This document shows, one piece after another, positions 25,912 through 56,003 of a stretch of 64,000 nucleotides of DNA. Each line of letters starts with the position of its first letter. The first letter of the stretch is position 1. The DNA comes from Macrostomum lignano. Lineage: Eukaryota. The notes below the pieces were generated by a model. That model was not told the DNA's origin. It ran no database searches and worked only from the letters and a program-made list of their open reading frames with translations. The stretch covers positions 183,760-247,759 of the forward strand of contig NIVC01000463.1 of assembly GCA_002269645.1 (NCBI GenBank), in the 5' to 3' direction. The position numbers were made by a program, and so were the translations under genes.

Positions 25912-26080
25912 AACTGGAAGGTCAGGGGTTCGATTCCTGACCCACTCGGACACAATTTGTGTCCTTGAGCAAGACATTTAAATTCTGCATTGCTTCAGCT
26001 CACCCAGAGCTGTAAAATAGAGTTGCTGGGGCATTTGGGGATGTGTGTGGCGACCCACCAGCCCTTGGACTGAACAGCCG
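25912..26080 (+). mobile_element. CORE-type tRNA-SINE (family A), truncated
   Basis: B box, CORE and part of the 3' domain (ggcgacccaccagcccttggactgaacagccg). Confidence 0.8.
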
Positions 26081-26669
26081 AGATCACATTCAATATAGAT
26101 TCTTTTATCTTGCTATCAATTTGTTTAATAGCAAAATTATAAAATAACATGAGCATTGGTAAATGAGTATTTGGTCGCTAAAGCAATGCGCTTATTAGTC
26201 AGATTATTATGAATGACAATTCTTCTATATGGCCAAGCAAGGTCTGAAAGCAGGTACATAAAGTTCAGGTGCTTAGGGAAAATGGCTTATTTACAATCAG
26301 GTATCGTTTTAAAATGATAATCCATGTCAGTAAGCGGTATATGCAATAAACAACTACCGTAAAAATACTCAACAGTGTATGAACTCAATCAAGCAGAACG
26401 CATAACAAGTCAGTTAGCTATAATACAATCGATTTTAAAAATAAATTACTGTTCAAATTGTCTTCCCGACTTGCTAGCCATAAAGCAACCATTTTTATAG
26501 AATTATTGACTGACAAATTTGTTTTAATTAACGAAATCAAGTTTAATCATTTTTCTGACAAGATTAAAATGATCGCTTATACTCACTGACCCTCCAGATT
26601 TCACTGGATGAGAAATGCTTTCTTTGAAACTGTTTGTTTGCATATGTAGCTTGTTTTTCTATTTCTTCT

Positions 26670-27096
26670 AAATCACCAGGGATGGTAAATCATCAGGGAT
26701 GGTAAATCACTAGGGATGGTAAATCATCAGGGATGGTAAATCACCAGGGATGGTAAATCATCAGGGATGGTAAATCACCAGGGATGGTAAATCATCAGGG
26801 ATGGTAAATCATCAATAATGGTAAATCATCAGGGATGGTAAATCATCACGGATGGTAAATCATCAGGGATGGTAAATCATCAATGATGGTAAATCACCAG
26901 GGATGGTAAATCATCAGGGGTGGTAAATCACCAGGGATGGTAAATCATCAGGGGTGGTAAATCACCAGGGATGGTAAATCATCAGGGATGGTAAATCATC
27001 AGGGATGGTAAATCATCAGGGATGGTAAATCATCAGGGATGGTAAATCATCAGGGATGGTAAATCATCACGGATGGTAAATAATCACGGATGGTAA
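26670..27096. repeat. 17-bp minisatellite (gggatggtaaatcatca)n just 3' of Hox1
   Basis: About 25 units. Same family as 32841-34012. Confidence 0.95.
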
Positions 27097-27255
27097 TTGT
27101 CCTTGTTTTAAACTTTGGTTTATGAAACTAGTGAATCAACCTTGAACAAAGCGCACTTAATTATTTCATATTTTAGCATCTGTCAACTTTAGTTGTACAT
27201 GCCGGATCTGTTAATTATTTAAGTCCCCATGGGCAGCAAATACTCCCAGCAGCCT

Positions 27256-43537
<16,282 letters not shown>

Positions 43538-43974
43538 ATTATATATTGATGCAGTTTGTTTTTTAATTATCTGCTTCGAAGTTTTATTTATCTCAAGTGG
43601 CTTACTTGACACCGGTGTTTAGCTAAAAGTAATAAGATCGGTTTTTCTTACCACTGAGAGAAGTCGCAGGATTGGGTCGCTTTACCGGCGCCGAGGGTGG
43701 GTTCGCAAAGGCACAACCAATGGGAATTCGGGAACAAGGGATGATGGTGGGTTTGGGGATGGATCTTAGTTGAATCAGTAACAAGCAGGTTCCTTCCATG
43801 ATCCCAGCTTTTCCCCCTGGTAGGGTGGAAGGATTTCCAACCTCTTGGCAGGTCTTCATAGACCTTGACGTAGTGTCAAGAACCCTGGAGTCCCAAACTT
43901 GAATCCCAATTCAAGTTCCAACAATTTAGTTTCAAAGTCTAAATCCTAATAAAGCTAGTGCCAAGACCAAGAAT

Positions 43975-44832
43975 ACCCAGAAATCCCAGAAATATCTAGA
44001 AATCACAGGAATATCTAGAAATCACAGGAATATCTAGAAATCACAGGAATATCTAGAAATCACAGAAATATCTAGAAATCACAGGAATATCTAGAAATCA
44101 CAGGAATATCTAGAAATCACAGGAATATCTAGAAATCACAGGAATATCTAGAAATCACAGGAATATCTAGAAATCACAGAAATATCTAGAAATCACAGGA
44201 ATATCTAGAAATCACAGGAATATCTAGAAATCACAAGAATAGTCAGATATACCAAGAATCTCCAGATATCCCAAGAATCTCCAGATATCCCAAGAATCTT
44301 TAGATATCCCAAGAATCTCCAGAAATCCCAAGAATCTTCAGATATCCCAAGAATCTCCAGAAATCCCAAGAATCTTCAGATATCCCCGAAATCTCCAGAA
44401 GTCCCCAGAATCTCCAGATATCCCCAGATCTCCAGATATCCCCAAAATCTCCAGATATCCCCAGAATCTCCAGATACCCCAAGAATCTCCAGATACCCCA
44501 AGAATCTCCAGATACCCCAAGAATCTCCAGATACCCCAAGAATCTCCAGAAATCCCAAGAATCTTCAGATATCCCCAGAATCTCCAGATATCCCCAGAAT
44601 CTCCAGATACCCCAAGATTCTCTAGATACCCCAAGAATCTTCAGATATCCCAAGATTATCCAGAAATCCCAAGAATCTTCAGATAACCCAAGAATCTTCA
44701 GATATCCCAAGATTCTCCAGATACCCCAAGAATCTCTAGATATCCCCAGAATCTCCTGATACCCCAAGAATCTCTAGATATCCCCAGAATCTCCAGATAT
44801 CCCCAGAATCTCCAGATACCCAAGAATCTAAT
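43975..44832. repeat. Compound 19-20-bp minisatellite (aatatctagaaatcacagg)n then (aagaatctccagatatcccc)n
   Basis: Two related sub-arrays upstream of Hox1. Confidence 0.93.
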
Positions 44833-45455
44833 CCCAAGAAGTAGTCCAAATCTAACTTGAATACTTTTTCAGCCCAAGCACACACGGCCGAATAAATGTT
44901 TTTCTCATGGCAAACCTATTATTAGAATGGTCAGCTGAGTGGCATAAAAAAGCGCTGTCAGATATGCTCCGACTAAGCGCCATGATATCAATGTATTGAT
45001 GATTTTTTTCATTGCCGATAATGTTTACTACAAAGCCCATTCTGCGCGCGGGATTTAGGATTCACGTGACAGGGTAATGAATTATGAGCTGCATATCAGC
45101 CTCCTCGCTTATAGAAGTCGGCAGTTCCGGTACTGAATTCTCCCCGTGTCACACCGCAGCCTGCTCCCCTATGATGGAGCCGCCTGACTGACTGGCTGCA
45201 TCGGCTGGGACCGACGCCGCCCTCGCCATCAATGGATGCCGCGGCTGTCAAAAAGCCTCAACGCTGTTCCGCCAGCAGCCACCCCACAACCGTCTGTCTC
45301 TCCCTTCTCCCCATTCAAAGGCTGGCAGGCCGTCATCCCAGCGGTTCGTTTGGCTGGCGTCGGGCTGTCTTTTTGAGTTCACCGCGTCTTCATTCTCATC
45401 CTCGTTATCAACAAATGAGGCCACAGTAATACCATGCAGTTAGCAGGGTGCATTG

Positions 45456-46429
<974 letters not shown>

Positions 46430-46883
46430 CGCTCGTAGTTAGCTAGCTAGTTATTTTTTGCCTTTCATAAAAAGGCGTTACTTTTTACCTCCAGTAGCTA
46501 GTTTTGAGCGAATTGCTGTCAGGCCCAATCTTGATTACTGCGACCTGAATTACCTAATTCATGTCTGCAGTTTGATACAAAGCCAAGCAAAGACACAGTG
46601 AGTCTATAATCTGTTGTAAAATATGAAGTTGTGAAGATTTGACAAAGATCTGTACATGCAGTGCGAGTTTGAAGAGCCCTCGAAACAGACACGAAGCCTG
46701 CAGACTGTAGGCAATTCCTTGTCACTTTCTATAGTTTTGCAAATTAATTGCAAACCCGAATCTGAGTACAAAAGCAACAAAACCCAGAGCTCCGAAAGAG
46801 AGACAAGACATCTCTCTGGCTTCTGAAAAACTTGCACTACGAGTAATTAAATATTCGCTGAAAACGTCGATTTTTTAGTAAGA

Positions 46884-48357
46884 ATGGAAGAATATTATAC
46901 AGTTGTCGTCTATAGCTGTGGTAAGTCTTCGCATGCCCTTACTAGTTTCATATGCTTCTCGGAAGTTCAGAAGCCTGTCAGTTAAAAGAAATGATCAAAT
47001 ACCACAACATTTTTTTCAATCTAAAAGTAAACTTAAATCCATATTGTCGATCGGGTGTCCTCTGCAGGCTGCAACCCCCCATATTATCAATCGGGTGTCC
47101 TCTGCAGGCTGCAACCCCCCATATTATCAATCGGGTGTCCTCTGCAGGCTGCAACCCTCCATATTATCGATTGGGTGTCCTCCACAGAGTGCAACCCCCC
47201 CCCCCATGTTATCAATCGGGTGTCCTCTGCAGGCTGCAACCCCCATATTTTATCAATCGGGTGTCCTCTGCAGGCTGCAACCCCATATTATCGATTGGGT
47301 GTCCTCTGCAGGCTGCAACCCCCCATATTATCAATCGGGTGTCCTCTGCAGGCTGCAACCCCCCATATTATCAATCGGGTGTCCTCTGCAGGCTGCAACC
47401 CCATATTATCGATTGGGTGTCCTCTGCAGGCTGCAACCCCCCATATTATCAATCGGGTGTCCTCTGCAGGCTGCAACCTCCCATATTATCGATCGGGTGT
47501 CCTCTGCAGGCTGCAACCCCATATTATCGATTGGGTGTCCTCTGCAGGCTGCAACCCCCCATATTATCAATCGGGTGTCTTCTGCAGGCTGCAACCTCCC
47601 ATATTATCGATCGGGTGTCCTCTGCAGGCTGCAACCCCATATTATCGATTGGGTGTCCTCTGCAGGCTGCAACCCCCCATATTATCAATCGGGTGTCCTC
47701 TGCAGGCTGCAACCTCCCATATTATCAATCGGGTGTCCTCTGCAGGCTGCAACCTCCCATATTATCAATCGGGTGTCCTCTGCAGGCTGCAACCCCCCAT
47801 ATTATCAATCGGGTGTCGTCTGCAGGCTGCAACCTCCCATATTATCAATCGGGTGTCCTCTGCAGGCTACAACCCCCTGAACCCCCCCAGACGAACTGAC
47901 GGCTGCCCTCAGTCCCAACCGAAAGCCGCAGCTTCATCGGCAGCTGACGGACGCTCGCAGACGTCACAAAGCGGCAGTTGACCGTCTTCGTTGCTACCTG
48001 TTCTCCCCCCGATTTTTATCGTTGGATATTTGTGTTTCCTCCAGCGAAGATGAGGAGACAGAGATGAAGATTAAAGATTCTGCACAGGTCAAACGTGGAG
48101 ATCAGAATCAGTTTGGATCTGGTGAAATCAAGATGACAGAAAAGGACAAAAGATACAACTCGTCGGTAAACGCGTCTGCCTCTTGTACGAGTACCAAAAA
48201 ACCCCTGGTTGCGTCCCTCCTTTATAAAACAACTTACAGAAAATCTTCGCGTCGTCCAATTCAACTCAACCCGTCAATCGACCGGCCGCACGGCTGGCCC
48301 TATTGGCCTTGCAGGCCCTTCTTCTTCAGCCGGGCAGACCAGTGGAGGCTCTCGTAG
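46884..48357 (+). CDS. Predicted 167-aa orphan protein, exons 46884-46920 and 47891-48357
   Basis: ATG-led mini exon MEEYYTVVVYSC with donor g|gtaagt (phase 1). Acceptor cccccccag|ac (phase 1) opens a 467-nt frame that includes the listed ORF 48022-48357. Confidence 0.55.
47043..47878. repeat. 39-41-bp minisatellite (gggtgtcctctgcaggctgcaaccccccatattatcaatc)n, intronic
   Basis: About 21 units filling intron 46921-47890. Confidence 0.95.
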
Positions 48358-48882
48358 ATCGTTGAACTGATTCTACTGCCAAACACTATTCACTTAGAAA
48401 CTACTTTGAGTAAGATGCTAAAAACTTCCTATCCAGTTCTGCTTTGCATTGTGGCACTGTTTTCTATCTACTCCAGTTTTTTTTAATAAAGCAACAACTG
48501 TTCACCATGTTTTGATTGAAAAACCAAGGACAACTTAAGTAGTCCTTGTGAAAAACCTGAAATCAACATGGATTGATTATTATCAATCGATTTTTTTTAT
48601 TGATTTCAAGTATATTCTCACTGGCTCTATGCAGTACCACCGAGTTTGTATTAAAAAATATTGAACCTACCAAACCTACCGCACCTGCCAAACCTACTGA
48701 ACCTACCGAGCCTATCAGACCTACCAAATCTACCGAACCTACCGAACCACCCAAGCTACCAACAACTACAAAGTTCGGGGCGCCGGAGTCAGTCAGCAGG
48801 CAGTCCTTTGAAACACCGAGTGCGCATCTCCTCGCCGCTTTGATGACTCATTCGTCGTCGCCGACCTTGAGACGCTTCATCG

Positions 48883-49336
48883 TTACAGAGCAAAACAGTC
48901 TTTGACCACCGCATGGAACAGCGCCGCCCTCTGGTCGTCAAACCCTGCAAAACCTACCTACCTATCTACCTACCTACCTACCTACCTACCTACCTACCTA
49001 CCTACCTACCTACCTACCTACCTACCTACCTACCTACCTACCCTGTCTACTACTAGACTTTCTGAACTCTAGAAAACTCCAGCAAGACTGACAATTCAAT
49101 TCAGGGTCGATGAGTCGTCTATCATACCGAGATACTGAAAACCCCCCGAGGCGCAATGATGCATGGACTGAAGGAACGAAAAATAGCAAATTAAAAAGAA
49201 TAACGTCTGCATAGTTATACAAAGAATCAGATTTGTTCATATTCTGTTATGAGTTTTTTCTTCTTCTTCCTTTCTTCTCTATTTTGTTTGGCCAGCGCAC
49301 CGTACTCTGCTCAAGCATTATGCTCCGCTCTGACAT
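48883..49336 (-). CDS. Candidate 72-aa protein, exons 49336-49306, 49167-49042 and 48944-48883
   Basis: Strong acceptors tttcgttccttcag (49168) and ggttttgcag (48945). All junctions are phase 1 and give an open frame MSERSIMLEQIHASLRLGG...SRQGFDDQRAALFHAVVKDCFAL-stop. The first donor (gtacgg) is weak. No homolog recognised. Confidence 0.35.
48952..49041. repeat. (CCTA)n = (AGGT)n microsatellite
   Basis: About 22 units with one variant. Confidence 0.98.
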
Positions 49337-49686
49337 GGTGTGACTCGGAGACTGTACACCCGCTCGAGTGCAATGAAGAAATGCTGCAAAGAAAGACAGA
49401 CAGACAGACAGACAGTCAGCATGCTCGGCTGTGCAAGAAAGCACAATATTGTTAAATGCAGCAAGCTCGCAGCAGTTAGATGCTTAAAATTTGTACTGTA
49501 GAGCAACGAAAGAGCAGTTGCTGCCGGTCTGTCATTGTAACCAAACTCTCTCCCTCTCTATCCGCTCTTATGAGAGACTGTTAGATAGAAAACTTCTATT
49601 GTAAAGCAGAAACCTTCAAAAGAACAAGTCTTTAGTTTGACAACCTAGTGGATTTGTAATCTACGGTGGCATTTCTTAGGCCTTGC

Positions 49687-52536
49687 ATGATGCTGATCTG
49701 GCAAGGAAAATCGCATCTGCTGTCGATTGCGCTGACTTCTCTGCTACTTGTTAACATTGGTGAATTCTATTTGTTGCTGTCTATGGCTTTCATTGGTTGA
49801 AGATGATTCAGGAGCAGATGTACAATCAGATTCAGAAGCAGATGTAACATCAGATTCAGGAGCAGATGTAACATCAGATTCAGGAGCAGATGTAACATCA
49901 GATTCTGGAGCAGATGTAACATCAGATTCAGGAGCAGATGTACAATCAGATTCAGAAGCAGATGTAACATCAGATTCTGGAGCAGATGTACAATCAGATT
50001 CAGGAGCAGATGCACCATTAGATTCAGGAGCGGATCTAATTCCAGATTCGAGAGCAGATGTACCATCAGATTCAGGAGCAGATGCACCATTAGATTCAGG
50101 AGCGGATCTAATTCCAGATTCGAGAGCAGATGTACCATCAGATTCAGGAGCAGATGCACCATTAGATTCAGGAGCGGATCTAATTCCAGATTCGAGAGCA
50201 GATGTACCATCAGATTCAGGAGCAGATCTAGTTCCAGATTCGGGAGCAGATATAATAGCAGATTCGGGAACAGATGTACCATCAGATTCAGGAGCAGATG
50301 TACAATCAGATTCAGGAGCAGATGTACTGTACTATCAGATTCAGGAGCAGATGTACCATCAGATTCAGGAGCAGATCTAATTCCAGATTCGGGAGCAGAT
50401 ATAATAGCAGATTCGGGAGCAGATGTACCATCAGATTTAGGAGCAGATGTACAATCAGATTCTGGAGCAGATGTACCATCAGATTCGGGAGCAGATGTAC
50501 CATCAGATTCGGGAGCAGATGTACCATCAGATTCGGGAGCAGATGCACCATCAGATTCAGGAGCGGATCTAATTCCAGATTCGAGAGCAGATGTACCATA
50601 AGATTCAGGAGCAGATGTAACATCAGATTCAGGAGCAGATGTACCATAAGATTCAGGAGCAGATGTACCATCAGATTCTGGAGCAGATGTACCATCAGAT
50701 TCAGGAGCAGATGTAACATCAGATTCAGGAGCAGATGTACCATAAGATTCGGGAGCAGATGTACCATCAGATTCAGGAGCAGATGTACAATCAGATTCTG
50801 GAGCAGATGTAACATCAGATTCAGGAGCAGATGTACCATCAGATTCAGGAGCAGATGCACCATTAGATTCAGGAGCGGATCTAGTTCCAGATTCGGGAGC
50901 AGATATAATAGCAGATTCGGGAGCAGATATAATAGCAGATTCGGGAGCAGATGTACCATCAGATTCAGGAGCAGATGTACAATCAGATTCAGGAGCAGAT
51001 GTACTGTACTATCAGATTTAGGAGCAGATGTACAATCAGATTCTGGAGCAGATGCACCATCAGATTCAGGAGCGGATCTAATTCCAGATTCGAGAGCAGA
51101 TGTACCATCAGATTTAGGAGCAGATGTACAATCAGATTCTGGAGCAGATGTACAATCAGATTCTGGAGCAGATGTAACATCAGATTCAGGAGCAGATGTA
51201 CCATCAGATTCAGGAGCAGATGCACCATTAGATTCAGGAGCGGATCTAGTTCCAGATTCGGGAGCAGATATAATAGCAGATTCGGGAGCAGATATAATAG
51301 CAGATTCGGGAGCAGATGTACCATCAGATTCAGGAGCAGATGTACAATCAGATTCAGGAGCAGATGTACTGTACTATCAGATTTAGGAGCAGATGTACAA
51401 TCAGATTCTGGAGCAGATGCACCATCAGATTCAGGAGCGGATCTAATTCCAGATTCGAGAGCAGATGTACCATCAGATTTAGGAGCAGATGTACAATCAG
51501 ATTCTGGAGCAGATGCACCATCAGATTCAGGAGCGGATCTAATTCCAGATTCGAGAGCAGATGTACCATCAGATTCAGGAGCAGATGTACCATCAGATTC
51601 AGGAGCAGATATAATAGCAGATTCGGCGGCAGATCTAATAGCAGATTCGGCGGCAGATCTAATAGCAGATTCTAAAGAAGATCTAATAGCAGATTCGGGG
51701 GCAGATCTAATAGCAGATTCTAAAGAAGATCTAATAGCAGATTCTGGAGCAGATTACCTAAACCCAAGTGTGTCACCCCTGATTTTACTTCAGCATCCGC
51801 TCTTCAGGCGGCCTCAGGCGATGCAGAAGGAGGAGGAGGCGGCGGTGGTGGCGGTGACTGGGCCGGTTTTGACGACCTGCTGATGCCGTCAGAGTCTGCG
51901 ACCTCCGAAGCCTCAGCATCAGCAGGAGCTGCAGTGGCGCAAAGCACAGCAGCGGCAGGAACTCAGGCTGCTCAAACTACATCAGTTTTCGAGGCTTCTT
52001 CGGCAGCTGAAAAACAAATCACCAACTCAGCTTCATCAGTGCTATCGACAATTGCTGCAGCAGCCAGCAGCAAAGAGCCAGAAGTTGCAGTCTCGACTGC
52101 TTCACCAAAAGCTTCCACAAAGTCAACATCTAAGCCATCGCTCAATGAGGTAAGTCCTTCAGCTTCAAGTCCTCAGGCGTCTTCGTCGGCGAAAGCCACG
52201 GTAGCAACAACAGAGTCTGCAACAACAGCAAAAGCGGCAGAAGCAAGAACAACAACAACGGCAGAAATTGTTAAAGAAGTTGCACCTCGACAGCCAGCCA
52301 AGCCTCGAAGCTCTCAAGCTCGGCAGCCTTCCGCAGTGCAGCCACCGCAGTCGCCCCCAGCGAAAGTCGGCACCGGCGATGACTCAGAGACTGAGCAAAT
52401 CTCAGTCGAGCAAAATCGAGTTCGGCTAGCAGAGGCCGGCGTGGGCGGTGGGCCGGGCATGTTCACCTGGCTGATGGTGCTGCTGCTGCTGTTCATCAGC
52501 ACCATCGGTTGGATTTGGTTCTGCTGCATCAAGTAG
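49687..52536 (+). CDS. Type I membrane mucin-like protein, 271 aa, exons 49687-49759 and 51794-52536
   Basis: Exon 1 encodes a signal peptide (MMLIWQGKSHLLSIALTSLLLVNI) with a phase-1 donor gtgaat. Acceptor ttttacttcag|ca gives ASA-LQ, then a poly-Gly, an S/T/A/P-rich stalk, TM MFTWLMVLLLLFISTIGWIWF and tail CCIK. Confidence 0.8.
49800..51755. repeat. 24-bp minisatellite (cagattcaggagcagatgtaccat)n, ~2 kb, intronic
   Basis: About 80 units with higher-order duplication. Three 29-bp variant units shift the frame. Confidence 0.96.
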
Positions 52537-53139
52537 CAGTGGAGTGGGTTATCGAGCGACTCACAGCCATGAGACCCAGACCCCAAGGCACAGGGAGTGT
52601 ACATGTCTGACAATTTGAAAGTCACAAAATGGTTGCTGTACACCTGTGTGAGTGCGTGCCTGCCTACAGCATCCAAGCGATTTTATTCTCGAAGTAGATA
52701 AACTAGTAAAAGTACAGGTAATAAATTAGCCACATGTATAGCACTTATGAAACTAATAATTGACCATTTTGTGTGCCTCTCCAAACCAAATTTTGCCTTC
52801 TTTAATTAAATCGCTGAAAGTATCAAGACTTTTTTAAACCAAAGAGCTTCATTCCGTTTCAAAGGAAAACGGGAAATGCAGAATCGCCCGTAATGCAGAA
52901 ACTTCAGTAGTTTCAAGTAGTATCATAAGAATTTGACGTCCCCAATTTAAATATAACGATCTTCAAATTGGTAGCTAAAATTTATATCTACTCCATTTGT
53001 TAGATGTTTCATTGGTTAAAGGAACTTGATATACATTTGACATCTCTTGCTGGTTCTAGTTTTTTTCTTGACAATTTATTTTTATTAACGACCGTTAGAA
53101 GCGTCAAAATAAGCTTCAGTTGAATTGGGTGCCAAAAGG

Positions 53140-53693
53140 CGCAAAATATGGTGTCAGATAGGGCCAGATGGACGCAATATGTGTTGTCAGATAGGGCCAG
53201 ATGGACGCAATATGTGGTGTCAGATAGGGCCAGATGGACGCAATATGTGGTGTCAGATAGGGCCAGATGGACGCAAGATATGGTGTCAGATAGGGCCAAA
53301 AGGGCACAAGATGTGGTGTCAGATAGGGCCAGATGGACGCAAGATGTGGTGTCAGATAGGGCCAGATGGACGCAGGATGTGGTGTCAGATAGGGCCAGAT
53401 GGACGCAAGATGTGGTGTCAGATAGGCCAGATGGACGCAAGATATGGTGTCAGATAGGGCCAGATGGACGCAAGATGTGGTGTCAGATAGGGCCAGATGG
53501 ACGCAAGATATGGTGTCAGATAGGGCCAGATGGACGCAATATGTGGTGTCAGATAGGGCCAGATGGACGCAAGATGTGGTGTCAGATAGGGCCAGATGGA
53601 CGCAAGATATGGTGTCAGATAGGGCCAGATGGACGCAATATGTGGTGTCAGATAGGGCCAGATGGACGCAAGATGTGGTGTGAGATAGGGCCA
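53140..53693. repeat. 33-bp minisatellite (gtcagatagggccagatggacgcaagatgtggt)n
   Basis: About 17 units. Confidence 0.95.
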
Positions 53694-54443
53694 GCACAAC
53701 GCCGAAGCACGAAGCTACGTGCATTGGTAGTTTGAAAAAGTCGCCCATATCCAACTACGAGTAGAAGGCAGCCAGTATCTCATCAAGACAGTTCCAGTTT
53801 GCAATCTGAAATTAAAACTACCCAGTTCTATACCATAGTTTCTCCACCATATGATATGCAGCAGTAGATTTATTTTAAGATTGATGGCAACTATAGCTGT
53901 CTCTCTGTATAGAAGCGCGATGTTTTAAAGCCTTAGTAGAGCCAGATCCAATAGAGCCTATTTACATACACACACTGCCCGCTTGAACATACTGTATGGG
54001 GAACATTGTGGCTATTACGCAGCAGAATTCCACGTTCAGAGATTTAAAGCGCGCCCGGGAAAAAAAGAGTGGATATAGAAATAGCCTAATATGAGCTAGA
54101 GTGGGAGTGGGAGAGAGCCGCTAGTGCAAGAGTGAGTCAGATGAGCACGGGGGGGGGCTTTGGAAGAGCTTGAGCCTGACTGATTGATCAGATTAAGCAT
54201 CATCGAGGCCTTGTCTTGGTGTAAGTATTTACCGTATTCGAGACAAGGAGACATTGGGCTTAGAACCTGGACGAGCTGCAACGATCTTCCCGAAAAACGA
54301 CTCAATGTTCTAGGAATATTTCTAGGAAATCAAGGCGACATCTAATTACGAGCTATTGTGACCTCGATCGCTGTAACTCACTGATTGAACAAAAATATTG
54401 GCTAAACAAATAGAAGAACCTATTAAACGTATATAGTTTATAA

Positions 54444-54778
54444 TAGGAGTCGGCGAAATCCGGCCCGCAAAGCCTCTCTATCCGGACCTCGGGTCCTTTA
54501 AAGTTTCACAATAGCAATCCGGCCCGTTCAAGGTTTGCGCCTCTTGTCTTCTCAGCTCCCTTCTCTCTAATCTCCTCTGTTCTCTCTTCTCCTCTCTCCT
54601 CTCCTATCCTCTCCTCTCCTCTCTCCTCTCCTCTCCTCTCCTCTTCTCTCTTCTTTATTCTCTCGACTCTCCTTTCTCCTATCTCTTTTCCCTCTCCTCT
54701 GTCCCCTCCTCTGGCCCGCAGTCATGCTCTGGGTTCTCTGTCTCATGGCCCTTGGGGTAAAAAGTTTGCCAACCCTTG
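54444..54778. mobile_element. hAT (Charlie/Buster-like) MITE with an internal CT-rich microsatellite
   Basis: 8-bp TSD GTTTATAA at 54436-54443 and 54779-54786. Degenerate TIRs taggagtcggcgaaat / caagggttggcaaact and repeated ccggcccg subterminal motifs. Confidence 0.8.
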
Positions 54779-56003
54779 GTTTATAAATAGTCATGGCAAT
54801 TGACGCATATATTTCGCGTTAACTGCAACTGATACGATCATGACACGAAGGTGAAAGCTTAGGGAAGTCTAGTCTAGAATTGCTACTCCAGACTAACTAA
54901 AGTGTGTTTTAGGCCTCCTTGGATATCTTTGACTATCGCAGAAATAGTCGAGTTTGCGCTAACACACTATAGAAATTGAATATAGATTAGTAAAGGGTAA
55001 ATCTTGTGCGGACAAGCAGTCCAGGGTTTTGTAAGTAAGAGGGCGCATCCTCTAGGAATTTCGGGAATTAACAGTGATCGCCTATACCTAATACATGTAG
55101 GAATACTGATGCAGTTAAAGGACTTAGGTATAGGTTTTAAAATCTATTATCTTGCGAAATTTCTATGCATGGGAAGTCTTGGACTAATATAATGCTATAT
55201 CAGATGTACGGTTGTATATATTTATTTATTATATAAGCTTGAGAGGCACAAATTAATTAATTGCCCATTTCAAGACAGTATTACCTTGATGACGTAACAA
55301 CAGGTGTGCGCAAAAGGAAGCTTAAACTGGCGTCTAAACGAGAGCATTTAAACAAACAAAACACTGTACTACACTGCATCCCCTAGAGGACATTCTGTTT
55401 CTCAAACTTAGTAGATCTTGTCTCTGTGCCATTCTTGGCAGATCTTCTCAATCTGCTCGGTTCTTGCAGGATCTTCTAAGATGGGAGGTACCATTTTTTT
55501 GTTATTTATTTAGCTAAAGTGTTATAGCTAAATTATTATTTATTTTAGGAAAAAATGCGATTCGAAGCTATAAAAGATATAAAAGCTAAGATCTTGTACG
55601 ATGTACGAGCGTAGCAAGTCGCCCAGATCTGGTAAGTTTACCTAAGTATTATTATAGCGAAGATCTTGCACGTTATTGCAAGTACTTGCGCAGCAACCCA
55701 AGAAGATAGACAAGATCCGTTTTAAGAATCAACAAGTCAATGTCTTCTAGGGTCCATGAAAAGTAGCATACTTAACAATATATCGTGCAAAATATGGCTG
55801 GCTTAGGTACATGTAATTAGCTATAAGAGCTATAAGAGGCTCATCAAAATATGAACATTGGGTCTGTCTCCTATCAAAAGCGATAACAATTTGTGGGCTG
55901 AAAAATGAAAACCTCCATTTTCTGTAATGTATATTTTTCGGTAAAACCTGAGTCAGGTGCAACAAATGCGTATAGGAGCTTGGCAATCTACTGCACATGG
56001 TAT

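Noticed and set aside
48573-48905. Secreted PTKPT-repeat protein
   Set aside because: Starts at TTG with no ATG, and the repeat derives from aacctacc motifs akin to the neighbouring (CCTA)n. No supporting exon structure was found.
49748-51883. Asp/Ser octapeptide repeat protein (DSGADVPS)n
   Set aside because: Lies inside the intron of the mucin-like gene and is out of frame with both exons. It has in-frame TAA units (e.g. ~50599) and three 5-bp frameshifting variants.
55410-55725. Decayed MITE with agatcttgtct inverted ends
   Set aside because: The inverted match is short and imperfect and no TSD was found. Cannot be supported by eye.
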